Source: an uncultured bacterium
GTDB taxonomy: Bacteria; Krumholzibacteriota; Krumholzibacteriia; Krumholzibacteriales; Krumholzibacteriaceae
Reading direction: 5' to 3'
NCBI GenBank assembly: GCA_965369375.1
Contig: CBDUQN010000008.1
Coordinates: 654 to 64,653, forward strand
DNA: 64,000 bases
Positions 46,713 through 56,555 of this stretch are shown piece after piece; within the stretch, counting starts at the first letter, position 1, and each line of letters starts with the position of its first letter. Made by a program: the position numbers and the translations under genes. The notes beneath the pieces were generated by a model. The model worked only from the letters and a program-made list of their open reading frames with translations, was not told the DNA's origin and searched no databases.

Positions 46713-47858
46713 TTGGATTCTGGAAAGGGCATGGAACGGATGATCTTTCCGACGATCGATTTCGTAGAAGGGAAGGTCGAAATCATCGATCAGACCCTGC
46801 TTCCCGCTGAGCTGAAAATCTTGAAATTAGAGAGATACGAGCAGGTCGCCGAGGCGATCAGGTCGCTCCGGGTTCGGGGCGCCCCCGCCATCGGGATCGC
46901 GGCTGCTTACGGTGTGCTGCTCGAGGTCGAGAATGCGCTCGAGGAGGAGGCCGGCTCTCCGCCGTACCTTTTCGACCGAAAGAGAGGCGTTCGCGGGCTC
47001 GCAATCGGCGCCGTCGATCCTTGCATGGTTCGAAAGAGATTCGACGCGGCGCGCAAGGCGATAGCTCAGACGAGGCCGACGGCGGCCAACCTCTTCTGGG
47101 CGCTCGACAGGATGGCCTCGGTATTTGACGACACGGACGGCGATGCGGCGGATCTATGCAAGCGTCTGGCGGCCGAAGCGTTTCATATACACGAGGAGGA
47201 GCTCGAGATCGAAATTGCAATTGGTGAGAACGGCTCGCACCTTATCGAGGACGGAATGAACATTCTAACCCATTGTAATGCAGGTGGTTTGGCCACCGCC
47301 GGTTACGGGACGGCGCTCGGTGTCATATACCGCGCATTCGAGGAAGGGAAACAGGTGCGCGTCTATGCCGGCGAGACCCGGCCGCTACTTCAGGGGGCGC
47401 GGCTCACCGCTTGGGAGCTCGGGCGCAGGGGAATAGAGGCGACGTTACTCTGCGACGCGGCGGCGGCCTCGCTCTTCAAGGCGGGACGCATCGACGCAGT
47501 GGTCGTGGGCGCCGACCGTATCGCCGCCAACGGCGACACGGCAAACAAGATAGGTACCCTGGGCCTCGCCGTGCTCTGTGATTCGTTCGCCAGACCATTC
47601 TATGTCGCCGCGCCATGGTCGACGTTTGATCTCAGCCTGGATACGGGTGACGATATACCGATCGAGGAGCGTTCGAGCAGTGAAGTCTCCTGTTTCGCCG
47701 GCAATCCAACGGCGCCTGATAATATCGATGTCTATAATCCGGCCTTCGATGTGACCCCGGCCCGGCTGATAGCGGCGATCATAACCGAGAGGGGGATCAT
47801 CGAGCATCCGGATGCGGATGGAATTCGGAGGGTCATGGGGGGGGCTGGAAGCGGATAA
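46713..47858 (+). CDS. mtnA: S-methyl-5-thioribose-1-phosphate isomerase (eIF-2B alpha/beta/delta family)
   Basis: LRVRGAPAIGIAAAYG, TRPTAANLFWAL, THCNAGGLAT and GADRIAANGDTANKIGT. TTG 46713 lies 6 nt after GAGGAG; ATG 46731 is an alternative start. Confidence 0.85.
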   Translation: MDSGKGMERMIFPTIDFVEGKVEIIDQTLLPAELKILKLERYEQVAEAIRSLRVRGAPAIGIAAAYGVLLEVENALEEEAGSPPYLFDRKRGVRGLAIGAVDPCMVRKRFDAARKAIAQTRPTAANLFWALDRMASVFDDTDGDAADLCKRLAAEAFHIHEEELEIEIAIGENGSHLIEDGMNILTHCNAGGLATAGYGTALGVIYRAFEEGKQVRVYAGETRPLLQGARLTAWELGRRGIEATLLCDAAAASLFKAGRIDAVVVGADRIAANGDTANKIGTLGLAVLCDSFARPFYVAAPWSTFDLSLDTGDDIPIEERSSSEVSCFAGNPTAPDNIDVYNPAFDVTPARLIAAIITERGIIEHPDADGIRRVMGGAGSG

Positions 47859-47866
47859 TCCGGCCG

Positions 47867-47898
47867 TCTGGAATTTGATCATTCTGGAATTTGATTAT
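47867..47898. repeat. 16-bp tandem duplication x2 (15/16) just upstream of the rplM promoter
   Basis: tctggaatttgatcat (47867-47882) and tctggaatttgattat (47883-47898). Confidence 0.9.
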
Positions 47899-47904
47899 TC
47901 AAAC

Positions 47905-47933
47905 TTGACATAATCCTCTATTCAGTATATATT
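47905..47933 (+). promoter_or_regulatory. Candidate sigma70-type promoter of rplM-rpsI
   Basis: TTGACA (47905-47910), 17-nt spacer, TATATT (47928-47933). Confidence 0.5.
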
Positions 47934-47983
47934 TCGATGTTTGATTCCCTTGAATAATAGTGATTTATTGAGGAGAAGCGAAA

Positions 47984-48415
47984 ATGCAAAAAACGACCAT
48001 ATTAAAACAGGGAGAGGTAACAAGGAACTGGCACATTGTCGATGCGAACGGAAAGACGCTCGGCCGCCTCGCCACGCGGATTGCGACCGTGATCCGCGGA
48101 AAGAACAAGGCCTGCTTCGTGCCGTTCATGGATAACGGCGATTTCGTAATTGTCGTCAATGCATCGAAGATACACGTAACCGGCAGGAAACGGGAAAGCA
48201 AAACATATTGGCGTTACACCGGTTATCCGGGGGGGATGCGGCTCACGAAATTCAAGGACGCATTAGCGAAGGACCCCACATTCGTCATCAAGCACGCCGT
48301 CAAAGGCATGCTGCCGCATAACCGGCTGGGGAGGAAGCTGATCAAGAAGCTCAAGGTGTATCCGGGTCCCGAGCATCCCCACAAGGCCCAGAAACCGGCG
48401 CCGCTCGAGCTGTAA
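47984..48415 (+). CDS. rplM: 50S ribosomal protein L13
   Basis: WHIVDANGKTLGRLATRIATVIRGK and 143 aa. Confidence 0.97.
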   Translation: MQKTTILKQGEVTRNWHIVDANGKTLGRLATRIATVIRGKNKACFVPFMDNGDFVIVVNASKIHVTGRKRESKTYWRYTGYPGGMRLTKFKDALAKDPTFVIKHAVKGMLPHNRLGRKLIKKLKVYPGPEHPHKAQKPAPLEL

Positions 48416-48483
48416 CGAACTGATTTGGACAGTGTGAAATACAAAGCGATTGGTACGATGAGTGCCTGAAGGGAGGTGAGAAG

Positions 48484-48876
48484 TTGGCAAAGGAAACCAA
48501 CCATACGGTCGGCAGAAGGAAATCCTCAGTCGCCCGTGTATTTCTCAAGGAAGGAACCGGCAATATAACGGTAAACGGGAAAGCCCTTATCGATTATATA
48601 AAAAGAGAAAGTCTGGCAATGGTCGTTCGGCAGCCTCTCGAGGTCACGCATACCGATTCGAGTTTCGATATCAAGGCCACGGTGAAGGGCGGCGGAATCG
48701 CAGGTCAGGCCGGAGCCCTGCGTCTCGGCATTGCGAGGGCCATCCTTTTACGTGACGAAACGCAGAAGAAGGTTCTCAAGGCCGGAGGATTTCTTACGAG
48801 AGATCCAAGGGAGAAGGAACGGAAGAAGTACGGTCAGCCCGGACGAAGGAAAAAGTTCCAGTTCTCCAAACGATAG
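48484..48876 (+). CDS. rpsI: 30S ribosomal protein S9
   Basis: GRRKSSVARVFL, and it ends ERKKYGQPGRRKKFQFSKR. TTG start after GGGAGG. Confidence 0.97.
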   Translation: MAKETNHTVGRRKSSVARVFLKEGTGNITVNGKALIDYIKRESLAMVVRQPLEVTHTDSSFDIKATVKGGGIAGQAGALRLGIARAILLRDETQKKVLKAGGFLTRDPREKERKKYGQPGRRKKFQFSKR

Positions 48877-48977
48877 TAACGAAACGACACACATCTCTTT
48901 TGCGGTCCATGGTGTCCGAAATTTCGGATTGGAACCGATCAAGCGAAGGGATGGAGGATTAACCGAAGGAGAAAACG

Positions 48978-49805
48978 GTGAACGTCACCATCAAGGACCT
49001 GCTCGAAGCGGGCGTTCATTTTGGGCATCAGACCCGACGCTGGGATCCCAAGATGAAGCCCTATATTTATAAAGAGCAGAGTGGCATCTATATAATCAAT
49101 CTCCAGAAGACAATCGAACAGCTCGAGAAAGCCTACCGGATGCTCGTGGACATCGCCGCGGAGGGGAAAACCGTCATCTTCGTGGGCACGAAGCGTCAGG
49201 CGAAGGAGAGCGTTCGAGAGGACGCGCAGCGATGCAACATGTTCTACGTAAACGAGCGATGGCTCGGCGGGACATTAACGAATTTCAAAACGATACGGCA
49301 GAGCATGGATCGCCTCGAGGATATGGAAAAGATGGAAGAGGACGGGCGAGTTGAGCAGCTCTCCAAGAAGGAGCGGCTCTATAACGACAAACAGAAGAAA
49401 AAATTGCTCAAGGTTCTTTCCGGCATCCGCGGCATGAACAAAATGCCTTCGTGCATCATCATCATAGATACGAAGAAGGATGCAATCGCCATCAGGGAAG
49501 CCCGCAAGCTCAACATCCCCCTTATCGGCCTAGTAGATACGAACAGCGATCCGGATGAACTCGATCACTCTATTCCGGCCAACGACGATGCAATTCGCTC
49601 CATAAAGCTGTTTACCAAAGTGTTTGCCGATGCGATTCTCGAGGGAAGAGCCAAGTATTCGAAGAACAAGGAATTCCTGGAAGAGAAAGATAAAGATAAA
49701 GCGAAGCAGTCCGGTCCCGGACAAGCGGATAAGCCCAAAGCAAAGCCGAAAGGCGGAACCGAAGGGGCACGCAAGGACGGTAAGGACAAGAAATCGTTGG
49801 ATTGA
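48978..49805 (+). CDS. rpsB: 30S ribosomal protein S2 (with K/D-rich C-terminal tail)
   Basis: LLEAGVHFGHQTRRWDPKM and RWLGGTLTNF. GTG start after GAAGGAG. Confidence 0.97.
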   Translation: MNVTIKDLLEAGVHFGHQTRRWDPKMKPYIYKEQSGIYIINLQKTIEQLEKAYRMLVDIAAEGKTVIFVGTKRQAKESVREDAQRCNMFYVNERWLGGTLTNFKTIRQSMDRLEDMEKMEEDGRVEQLSKKERLYNDKQKKKLLKVLSGIRGMNKMPSCIIIIDTKKDAIAIREARKLNIPLIGLVDTNSDPDELDHSIPANDDAIRSIKLFTKVFADAILEGRAKYSKNKEFLEEKDKDKAKQSGPGQADKPKAKPKGGTEGARKDGKDKKSLD

Positions 49806-49827
49806 GATTTATACTGGAGGATTCCGA

Positions 49828-50430
49828 ATGGATGTAACACCTCAACTTGTCAAGGAATTGCGTGGAAGAACGGGCGCTGGAATGATGAATTGCAAGAAAG
49901 CCTTGCAGGAGACGAAGGGCGATATGGAAAAGGCAATCCGGTTTCTTCGCGAGAAGGGGCTGTCATCGGCGGCGAAACGCGCGGGAAAGACGGCAAAGGA
50001 GGGATGCATCTTTTCGTATGTCCACCCCGGTTCCCAGCTGGGAGTTCTCGTGGAAATCAATTGCGAGACCGATTTCGTCGCTCGCACGGATGAATTCATA
50101 GGATTGGGAAAAAATCTCGCAATGCAGGTCGCGGCCGCCTCTCCGCTCGTGGTAAGGCGTGAGGATCTCGATCCTGATCTCGTCGAGCGCGAGCGTGAAA
50201 TATTCCGCAAACAGGCGCTATCCTCGGGAAAACCCGAAAAGGTAGTGGATAAAATTGTTGAAGGAAAACTCGAAAAGTTCTACGATGAAACGTGTCTCTT
50301 GGAACAGCCTTTCGTCCGAAGCGACAAAGAGACGGTGGAAGAGCTTGTAAAATCGGCAATTGCGAAGTTAGGAGAAAATATCGTGGTCAGGCGCTTCGCC
50401 CGTTTTCAATTGGGGGAGGAATCATCCTGA
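49828..50430 (+). CDS. tsf: Translation elongation factor Ts (short ~200-aa form)
   Basis: VKELRGRTGAGMMNCKKAL and LVEINCETDFVART. The tracked ORF's upstream extension overlaps rpsB and is not used. Confidence 0.95.
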   Translation: MDVTPQLVKELRGRTGAGMMNCKKALQETKGDMEKAIRFLREKGLSSAAKRAGKTAKEGCIFSYVHPGSQLGVLVEINCETDFVARTDEFIGLGKNLAMQVAAASPLVVRREDLDPDLVEREREIFRKQALSSGKPEKVVDKIVEGKLEKFYDETCLLEQPFVRSDKETVEELVKSAIAKLGENIVVRRFARFQLGEESS

Positions 50431-50476
50431 GCGGTGATGTAGGCGATACCAGGCTGCGGATTGCAAAAATGGAATC

Positions 50477-50510
50477 GGCGCAGGAGATACGCTCTCCTGC
50501 GCCTTGTTTT
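50477..50510 (+). terminator. Strong intrinsic terminator after tsf
   Basis: 10-bp perfect stem GGCGCAGGAG / CTCCTGCGCC with a 7-nt loop, followed by TTGTTTT. Confidence 0.75.
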
Positions 50511-50597
50511 AGCATCGCGCTTCAGAGCGTGAGAGCGGCACTTCATATGATGATTCCTCACTCGAGCGGCGGAACGCTTATCAAGGAGGATTCTTAG

Positions 50598-51311
50598 ATG
50601 ACCAAGCGTCCGAGAATCAAGCGGGCATTGCTCAAAGTCAGTGGCGAGGTTCTCGGCGGCGAGAATGCGAGTATTGATTTCAGCGCGGTGGAAAACTTCG
50701 CGGTTGAGCTGAAGGAGGCCAAAGAGACGGGAGCCGAGATAGGCGTCGTTATCGGCGGTGGAAACATTGTAAGGGGGGCTAAGGCGAGCCGAAAGGGAGT
50801 CGACAGGGTTATCGGTGATTACATGGGGATGCTCGGCACTATTATCAATGCTCTTGCTCTCAAGAGCGCTCTCGATCAGACCGGCGTCGATGCCTGTGTT
50901 ATGACATCGATTCAGATGGAGCAGTACGCCGATCTTTACGTCAGAAGAAGGGCGCTCGAGTTACTCGAGAAAGGATGTCTGCTCCTGTTGGCTGGGGGAA
51001 CCGGGAGTCCCTACTTTACAACGGACACGGCGGCGGCGCTCAGGGCCGTCGAGATCAAAGCAGATGCCTTGCTAAAGGCTACGAAGGTCGATGGCGTGTA
51101 CGACAAGGATCCGGCGGAGAACAGGGATGCCACCTTGATTGAAAAGATGAGTCATACCGACGCATTGAAAGAGGGGCTCGGCGTCATGGATGCCACGGCA
51201 ATCGCTCTCTGCAGGGATAATGGCATTCCGATCATTGTGTTCAACGTGTTCGAGAAAGGGAACTTGAAGAAGGTCTTAGAGGGTGAAGGCCTTGGAAGCA
51301 TAGTACAGTGA
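50598..51311 (+). CDS. pyrH: UMP kinase
   Basis: RALLKVSGEVLGG, VIGGGNIVRG and GTGSPYFTTDTAAALRA. Confidence 0.96.
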   Translation: MTKRPRIKRALLKVSGEVLGGENASIDFSAVENFAVELKEAKETGAEIGVVIGGGNIVRGAKASRKGVDRVIGDYMGMLGTIINALALKSALDQTGVDACVMTSIQMEQYADLYVRRRALELLEKGCLLLLAGGTGSPYFTTDTAAALRAVEIKADALLKATKVDGVYDKDPAENRDATLIEKMSHTDALKEGLGVMDATAIALCRDNGIPIIVFNVFEKGNLKKVLEGEGLGSIVQ

Positions 51312-51319
51312 GGAGGTTG

Positions 51320-51886
51320 ATGATGGATCCTGTTGATGAGATTTTCCAGGTTGCTGAAGAGCACATGAAGAGATCTATCGAAATGGCGGAGTCGGAGCTG
51401 ATAACCATCAGAACGGGGAAAGCTACGCCCACTTTGCTCGACAGCATCAAGGTGGATTACTACGGAACGAAAGTGCCGCTCAAGCAGATAGCCAATATAG
51501 CGGTGCCCGACCCGAAATTGATAACTGTTCAGCCTTGGGAAAAGCCACTCGTCGGCGAGATCGTAAAAGCTATTCAGTCTTCCAACCTTGGTCTCACTCC
51601 GCAGAGCGACGGCAACTTTATCCGCATACCTCTGCCGGCGCTTACCGAAGAGCGGAGATTCGAGCTGGTGAAGACGGTCAGGCACATGATTGAGGAGGCC
51701 AAGGTGGCGCTGAGGAATGTCCGAAGGGATGCCAATGAAAAACTCAAGAATATCGAGAAGAGCAACGAAATATCCGAGGACGATTACCATCGCTACCACA
51801 AGGAGATCCAGGAGCTTACCGATGAATCGATAAAAGAGCTCGAAGAGGTGCTCGCTGCCAAGGAAAAGGAGATAACCGAATTTTAG
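51320..51886 (+). CDS. frr: Ribosome recycling factor
   Basis: IRTGKATPTLLDSIKVDYYG and PLPALTEERR. GAGGAGG (51310-51316) precedes ATG 51320. Confidence 0.96.
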   Translation: MMDPVDEIFQVAEEHMKRSIEMAESELITIRTGKATPTLLDSIKVDYYGTKVPLKQIANIAVPDPKLITVQPWEKPLVGEIVKAIQSSNLGLTPQSDGNFIRIPLPALTEERRFELVKTVRHMIEEAKVALRNVRRDANEKLKNIEKSNEISEDDYHRYHKEIQELTDESIKELEEVLAAKEKEITEF

Positions 51887-51950
51887 GCGGCGCATCCTGT
51901 TATGATCGGCCCGACACCGACTTCCTGGATGCAGCCCGCGTTTTGCTGTT

Positions 51951-52712
51951 ATGAGTGAAAAGACTGAGAAGGCCATAGAGAGGCTCAAAAACGAACAGAA
52001 CCTGCCGCAGCACATCGCCATCATCATGGATGGAAACGGTCGCTGGGCGCGAAAACGGATGCTGCCGAGGCTGGCGGGGCATCGAGCGGGCAGGGAGGCG
52101 GTCCGTTCGTCCGTGCGGGGCTGCGCGAAGCTGGGGATATCCGCACTTTCCCTCTATACATTTTCTTTGGAGAACTGGAAACGTTCCAAGGCGGAAGTGC
52201 AGGGACTGATGCGATTTCTCAAAAACGTGCTGCATTCGGAATACCTGGAGCTGAATGAGAACAACATTCGTTTGCAGGCGAGCGGAAGACTCGGCATGCT
52301 TCCGCGGGGAACGTACGATACGCTTCAAGAGAGCATCGAGAAGCTTTCGGGCAATACCGGGATGATATTGAATTTGTGTCTCAGCTACAGTGGCAGGGCG
52401 GAAATCGTTGATGCAGCGAAAAAGATGATCGGGGAGGTCATGAGCGGGCGCCTGAAGGCGGAATCGCTCGACGAGGAGGCATTCTCCCGTTATCTCTATT
52501 CACCGGAATTGCCCGATCCCGATCTTCTGATACGAACGAGCGGCGAGCTGCGTATCAGCAATTTCCTCCTCTGGCAGCTTGCCTACACCGAGATCGTGGT
52601 CATGGATGTTCTCTGGCCTGATTTCAGAGAGGAACATCTCCTCGAGGCGATTCAAAAGTATCTCAGTCGCGAGCGTCGCTTCGGCGCCGTAAAGAAGCGT
52701 CAACATGATTGA
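51951..52712 (+). CDS. uppS: Isoprenyl transferase (undecaprenyl diphosphate synthase)
   Basis: HIAIIMDGNGRWA, FSLENWKR and RTSGELRISNFLLWQLAYTE. Confidence 0.95.
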   Translation: MSEKTEKAIERLKNEQNLPQHIAIIMDGNGRWARKRMLPRLAGHRAGREAVRSSVRGCAKLGISALSLYTFSLENWKRSKAEVQGLMRFLKNVLHSEYLELNENNIRLQASGRLGMLPRGTYDTLQESIEKLSGNTGMILNLCLSYSGRAEIVDAAKKMIGEVMSGRLKAESLDEEAFSRYLYSPELPDPDLLIRTSGELRISNFLLWQLAYTEIVVMDVLWPDFREEHLLEAIQKYLSRERRFGAVKKRQHD

Positions 52713-53592
52713 TAAGGTGGTCGCGTCCGTGCCCGAAGAGAATTTAAATAAGAATCAGAGAGAGCTCGGATCAACGGCGAAGCGCGTTCTCGCATCAATC
52801 GTTTTTCTGCCGTGTCTTTTGATAATCGCACGACGCGGCGGATTCTATTATCTCGCGCTGATCGATATCATGATTCTCATCGGGTTGTGGGAATTCTACA
52901 AGATGATGGAAGCCAAGGGCCTCAAACCCTACAAGATGCTTGGAATCCTCAGCGGGCTCGCCCTCTCGTGGTACATCTTCTTCAGGCAGGGAATCTACGC
53001 AAACTTCTTCCTGAGCATTATCTTCATGGGCATCATGGCGCTCGAGCTAATGAGAAAGGAGAAAGGTCTCGCCGTTTACCACACGTCGGTAACGATATTC
53101 GGCGTGTTCTATGTAGCATGGTTCGGCAGCCATCTGATACTGCTGCGGGAACTCCCCCATCTGAAAGGACTAGATTACTCGTTGGGCTTTTCATTTGTCA
53201 TCGTCGCTTTTGTCCTGACATGGTGCTACGATACGGGCGCCTATTTCATCGGAAGCAGGTTCGGGCGTACCCGGATATTCAAGAGCATTTCGGCACGGAA
53301 AACGATCGAGGGGGTTTTCGGCGGGATCCTGTTCTCGTTCATTGGAATATTGATAACGCGGCTGACGGTCGCGCCCTACATATCGATCGTTCAGTGTGTG
53401 ATTCTCACCGTAGGCGCCTCCCTGGTAGGCCAGGTCGGCGACCTCGTCGAATCGATGATCAAGAGGGATGTCAAGATCAAGGATGCTTCGAGCACGATCC
53501 CCGGCCATGGCGGCGTGCTCGACCGTTTCGATTCACTTCTCTTTACGGCACCATTGATCTACTACTATTTCAAATATTTCATACTCGTGTGA
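52705..53592 (+). CDS. cdsA: Phosphatidate cytidylyltransferase
   Basis: Polytopic with C-terminal signature GDLVESMIKRDVKIKDASSTIPGHGGVLDRFDS. 8-nt overlap with uppS. Confidence 0.93.
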   Translation: MIDKVVASVPEENLNKNQRELGSTAKRVLASIVFLPCLLIIARRGGFYYLALIDIMILIGLWEFYKMMEAKGLKPYKMLGILSGLALSWYIFFRQGIYANFFLSIIFMGIMALELMRKEKGLAVYHTSVTIFGVFYVAWFGSHLILLRELPHLKGLDYSLGFSFVIVAFVLTWCYDTGAYFIGSRFGRTRIFKSISARKTIEGVFGGILFSFIGILITRLTVAPYISIVQCVILTVGASLVGQVGDLVESMIKRDVKIKDASSTIPGHGGVLDRFDSLLFTAPLIYYYFKYFILV

Positions 53593-53606
53593 GGAGCGCA
53601 ATCAAC

Positions 53607-54770
53607 GTGAAGAGTATCGTAGTGGCTGGATCGACGGGTTCCATCGGAAGATCAACCATTGAGATAATCGAAAAGAATCCGGGTGATTTCGACGTTCTCG
53701 GCCTCTCCGCCGGGCAGAACATCGATGAGCTGAAACGGCAGCTCGCCTTTTTCCCCGATGCCCGGTTTGCGGTGAAGGATGCAGCATCACTCGATGCGCT
53801 TATAGAGGGAGATGCGTCTCTTCGGGATAGGGCGGCCGGGTATGGCGATGACGGGCTGCGGGAGCTGATTGCAGCGGCACGTCCGGAGCTCGTTATCAAT
53901 GCGATCGTTGGCATTGCGGGGCTGATGCCGACGGTAACGGCTCTCGAGTCGGGCTGCCGCCTGGCGCTGGCAAACAAGGAATCTCTCTTTACCGCCGGAG
54001 AATTGATTGCCGGCATGATCGCAGATCGGCCGGACAGGATCATACCGTTGGACAGTGAGCACTTCTCGCTGTCGAGGTGCCTGAGGGGATACCGGGACAG
54101 AACGTCGGAGATCATTCTGACCGCCTCCGGCGGACCGTTTTTCGGAAGGGATTTTTCCAGCCTGGCAGCGGTACGGGTCGATGAAGTGCTCGATCACCCG
54201 ACATGGAAAATGGGAAAGAGAGTTACGGTCGACTCGGCTCACCTGTTCAACAAGGGTTTGGAGGTCGTCGAGGCGCACTGGCTCTTTGGTTTCCCCTACG
54301 AGAGGATCAAGGTCGTGATACACCCCCAATCCGTTGTTCATTCGATCATACGCTTGAGCGACGGCTCTCTGCTCGCTCATCTCGGGCCCACTGATATGAG
54401 GCTTTCGATCATGAATGCCCTGTACTACCCCGAAATGAGGGAGTTTCCATGGAAATCCCTCCAACCGGAGGATCTGGGAGCCCTGGAATTTTCGCCGCTC
54501 GAGAAGAGCCGGTATCCCGCGTTTCGCCTCGCTCTGGAAGCGGCACGCCGGGGCGGCACGGTTCCTGCTGCATTGAATGCGGCCGACGAAGTGGCCGTGG
54601 CGGCGTTTCTCGCCGGGGAGATCGGATTTTTAACGATTGTCGACTGGATCGAAGAGGTGCTCGCGGCGCACCGGGAGGCTGCTATCGAGAGCTTGGGGGA
54701 TGTATTCGAAGCCGACCGTTGGGCGCGTGATTTTCTCACATCGCGGCATCGTGAAGCTGCACCGAAATAA
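53607..54770 (+). CDS. dxr: 1-deoxy-D-xylulose-5-phosphate reductoisomerase
   Basis: VVAGSTGSIGRSTIEI, LANKESL, DSEHFSL and HPTWKMG. GAGGAG (53591-53596) lies 10 nt before GTG 53607. The first ~265 codons of the tracked 652-aa ORF are out-of-frame read-through of cdsA. Confidence 0.93.
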   Translation: MKSIVVAGSTGSIGRSTIEIIEKNPGDFDVLGLSAGQNIDELKRQLAFFPDARFAVKDAASLDALIEGDASLRDRAAGYGDDGLRELIAAARPELVINAIVGIAGLMPTVTALESGCRLALANKESLFTAGELIAGMIADRPDRIIPLDSEHFSLSRCLRGYRDRTSEIILTASGGPFFGRDFSSLAAVRVDEVLDHPTWKMGKRVTVDSAHLFNKGLEVVEAHWLFGFPYERIKVVIHPQSVVHSIIRLSDGSLLAHLGPTDMRLSIMNALYYPEMREFPWKSLQPEDLGALEFSPLEKSRYPAFRLALEAARRGGTVPAALNAADEVAVAAFLAGEIGFLTIVDWIEEVLAAHREAAIESLGDVFEADRWARDFLTSRHREAAPK

Positions 54771-54780
54771 TGGAGGATCA

Positions 54781-56127
54781 ATGTTTCTTACCATCATTGC
54801 GTTTCTTTTTGTGCTGGGCGTTGTTGTTTTCGTGCACGAGCTGGGGCATTTCGTTGTTGCCAAGCTCAATGGTGTTTTTGTAATCAGTTATTCCTTCGGG
54901 TTCGGTCCGAAGCTGCTCAGCAGGCGTTTCGGCGAAACGGAGTATTTCATCAGGATTCTTCCTTTCGGCGGTTACGTGAAATTTGCAGGTGAAAATCCCG
55001 AAGACGGGTCCGGTGAAGTCGAAAAGGATTTCGAAGATCGAGAGATCCCCAAGGATAAATTCTTCCGCAATAAAAGCCCCCTGCAGCGGATGTCCGTGGT
55101 GCTCGCGGGCCCTTTTATGAACGCGGTGCTCGCCCTCGTTGTGTATATCTGCAGCTTCTACTTCGAAGGCATTTATATCAATCCGAGCACCGTCGTAAAA
55201 GAGGTCCATGACGGCAGTCCGGCGGCGGTGGCGGGATTTGAGGTCGGGGACAGGCTCGTTGCAATCAATGGACGATCTTTCGAGTACTGGGGACAGCTCT
55301 ACGAGCTGGTGGTATTCGAGGAGGGTGTTACTTCCGACTTCCTCGTCCTGAGAGGTTCCGACACACTCAATATCTCATGCGGCCCGGAATTCGATCAGGA
55401 CTCTGAAGCCTGGACGTTGGGAATCTATTCGCCGTTGCCGTCGAAAGTCGGGAGCGTTCAGCGTGGCGGCCCCGCCGATAAGGCCGGAATAGAGCGGGGG
55501 GCGTTGATTATCGCCGTCAATGATACCACGGTGCAGACGTTCGAAGAGCTCGCTGAAATCATCCATGCTCAGCCGGGAGTGCCGCTCAAGATAGACTGGA
55601 AAGTCGAAGGCACGATGCATTCGGCAATTATCACACCCGAATCCTCTGACGCGCCCAAGGAGGGGGAACGTCTCGATATAGTGGAGGTAGGTCAGATCGG
55701 TATCCTGCCGTACTACGAGAAGCTGGACGTCTCTTTTATAGACGCCGTCAAGTACGGGAGCCGCATGGTGTACATCGTATTGGAATCCATTATTTCCTTT
55801 CTCGGAAAATATATTACCGGCAAGGTTACGATCAGGGCCGTCGGAGGTCCCTTGCGCATCGGCATTATGGCGGGAGATATGATTCGATGGGGTTTCAACC
55901 ATCTGGTAACGCTGCTCGCATTTATATCCCTGAACCTTGCAATCGTCAATCTACTGCCGATAGTGCCGTTTGACGGAGGGCATTTTGTTCTGTACGGTAT
56001 CGAGCTTGTCACGAGAAGGAGGATCAATCAGAGGGTGCAAAACGTGCTGATGCAAATCGGATTCTTCATTCTCATTGCACTCATGGTCTTTATTTTTCTC
56101 GTTGATATATTCAACATTTTCAGATAG
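54781..56127 (+). CDS. rseP: RIP metalloprotease RseP (site-2 protease, M50)
   Basis: HELGHF at the N-terminal TM segment, PDZ domains, and the C-terminal NLLPIVPFDGGH motif. Confidence 0.93.
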   Translation: MFLTIIAFLFVLGVVVFVHELGHFVVAKLNGVFVISYSFGFGPKLLSRRFGETEYFIRILPFGGYVKFAGENPEDGSGEVEKDFEDREIPKDKFFRNKSPLQRMSVVLAGPFMNAVLALVVYICSFYFEGIYINPSTVVKEVHDGSPAAVAGFEVGDRLVAINGRSFEYWGQLYELVVFEEGVTSDFLVLRGSDTLNISCGPEFDQDSEAWTLGIYSPLPSKVGSVQRGGPADKAGIERGALIIAVNDTTVQTFEELAEIIHAQPGVPLKIDWKVEGTMHSAIITPESSDAPKEGERLDIVEVGQIGILPYYEKLDVSFIDAVKYGSRMVYIVLESIISFLGKYITGKVTIRAVGGPLRIGIMAGDMIRWGFNHLVTLLAFISLNLAIVNLLPIVPFDGGHFVLYGIELVTRRRINQRVQNVLMQIGFFILIALMVFIFLVDIFNIFR

Positions 56128-56135
56128 GCGGCGTT

Positions 56136-56555
56136 TCATTTGGTGCGTTCGAGGAGTTCGTTTATCCTGTTGTAGATGGCGAGCCATCGTTCGGGGTCCG
56201 CCTCGAGCTCCTTCAGAATCCGGCGCACGCGCCCGACATCGATTTTGCCGCGGAGCTCCTCCCATTTTTTATCAGCCTCTTCCGGATTATCTTGGAGATT
56301 TTTCTCTATTTCGTTTATTTTCATATAGAGTTCGACGATGTAACGTTCGTCCGGAGTCAGTGTTCGCTCTTTCTGTCTTTGAACCTGCTCCGGGGGCCGG
56401 CAGTTGAGCAACAGGAGCGATACGAGGAAAAAAAGCAGTATCGCTGTAGAGCGGTTTATAATGATATGAGGGTGGAGGGACGCGCTCGCGTGCTTTCGCT
56501 TTAGTGGAGTGGTCTTCTTGGTACGTCGGAAGTGTATTGATGCTTTTGTCTTCAT
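56136..56555 (-). CDS. Hypothetical small lipoprotein / helical periplasmic protein (start uncertain)
   Basis: Protein-like composition with a basic N-terminus, a hydrophobic segment ending LLLLN-C (lipobox-like) and a charged helical region (IVELYMKINEIEKNLQDNPEEADKKWEELRGK). I recognise no family. Confidence 0.45.
   Translation of the reverse strand: MKTKASIHFRRTKKTTPLKRKHASASLHPHIIINRSTAILLFFLVSLLLLNCRPPEQVQRQKERTLTPDERYIVELYMKINEIEKNLQDNPEEADKKWEELRGKIDVGRVRRILKELEADPERWLAIYNRINELLERTK

Noticed and set aside
48915-48928. The perfect 14-nt palindrome TCCGAAATTTCGGA in the rpsB 5' region, as a possible S2 autoregulatory leader.
   Set aside because: It is a single small hairpin with no resemblance that I can verify to the described rpsB leader structure. 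It would need a covariance-model search.
52812-53606. A 652-aa ORF that appears to extend dxr about 265 codons upstream.
   Set aside because: The upstream part is an out-of-frame read-through of cdsA with an R/P-rich nonsense translation. The Dxr homology (VVAGSTGSIG) begins right after GTG 53607, which has a GAGGAG SD.
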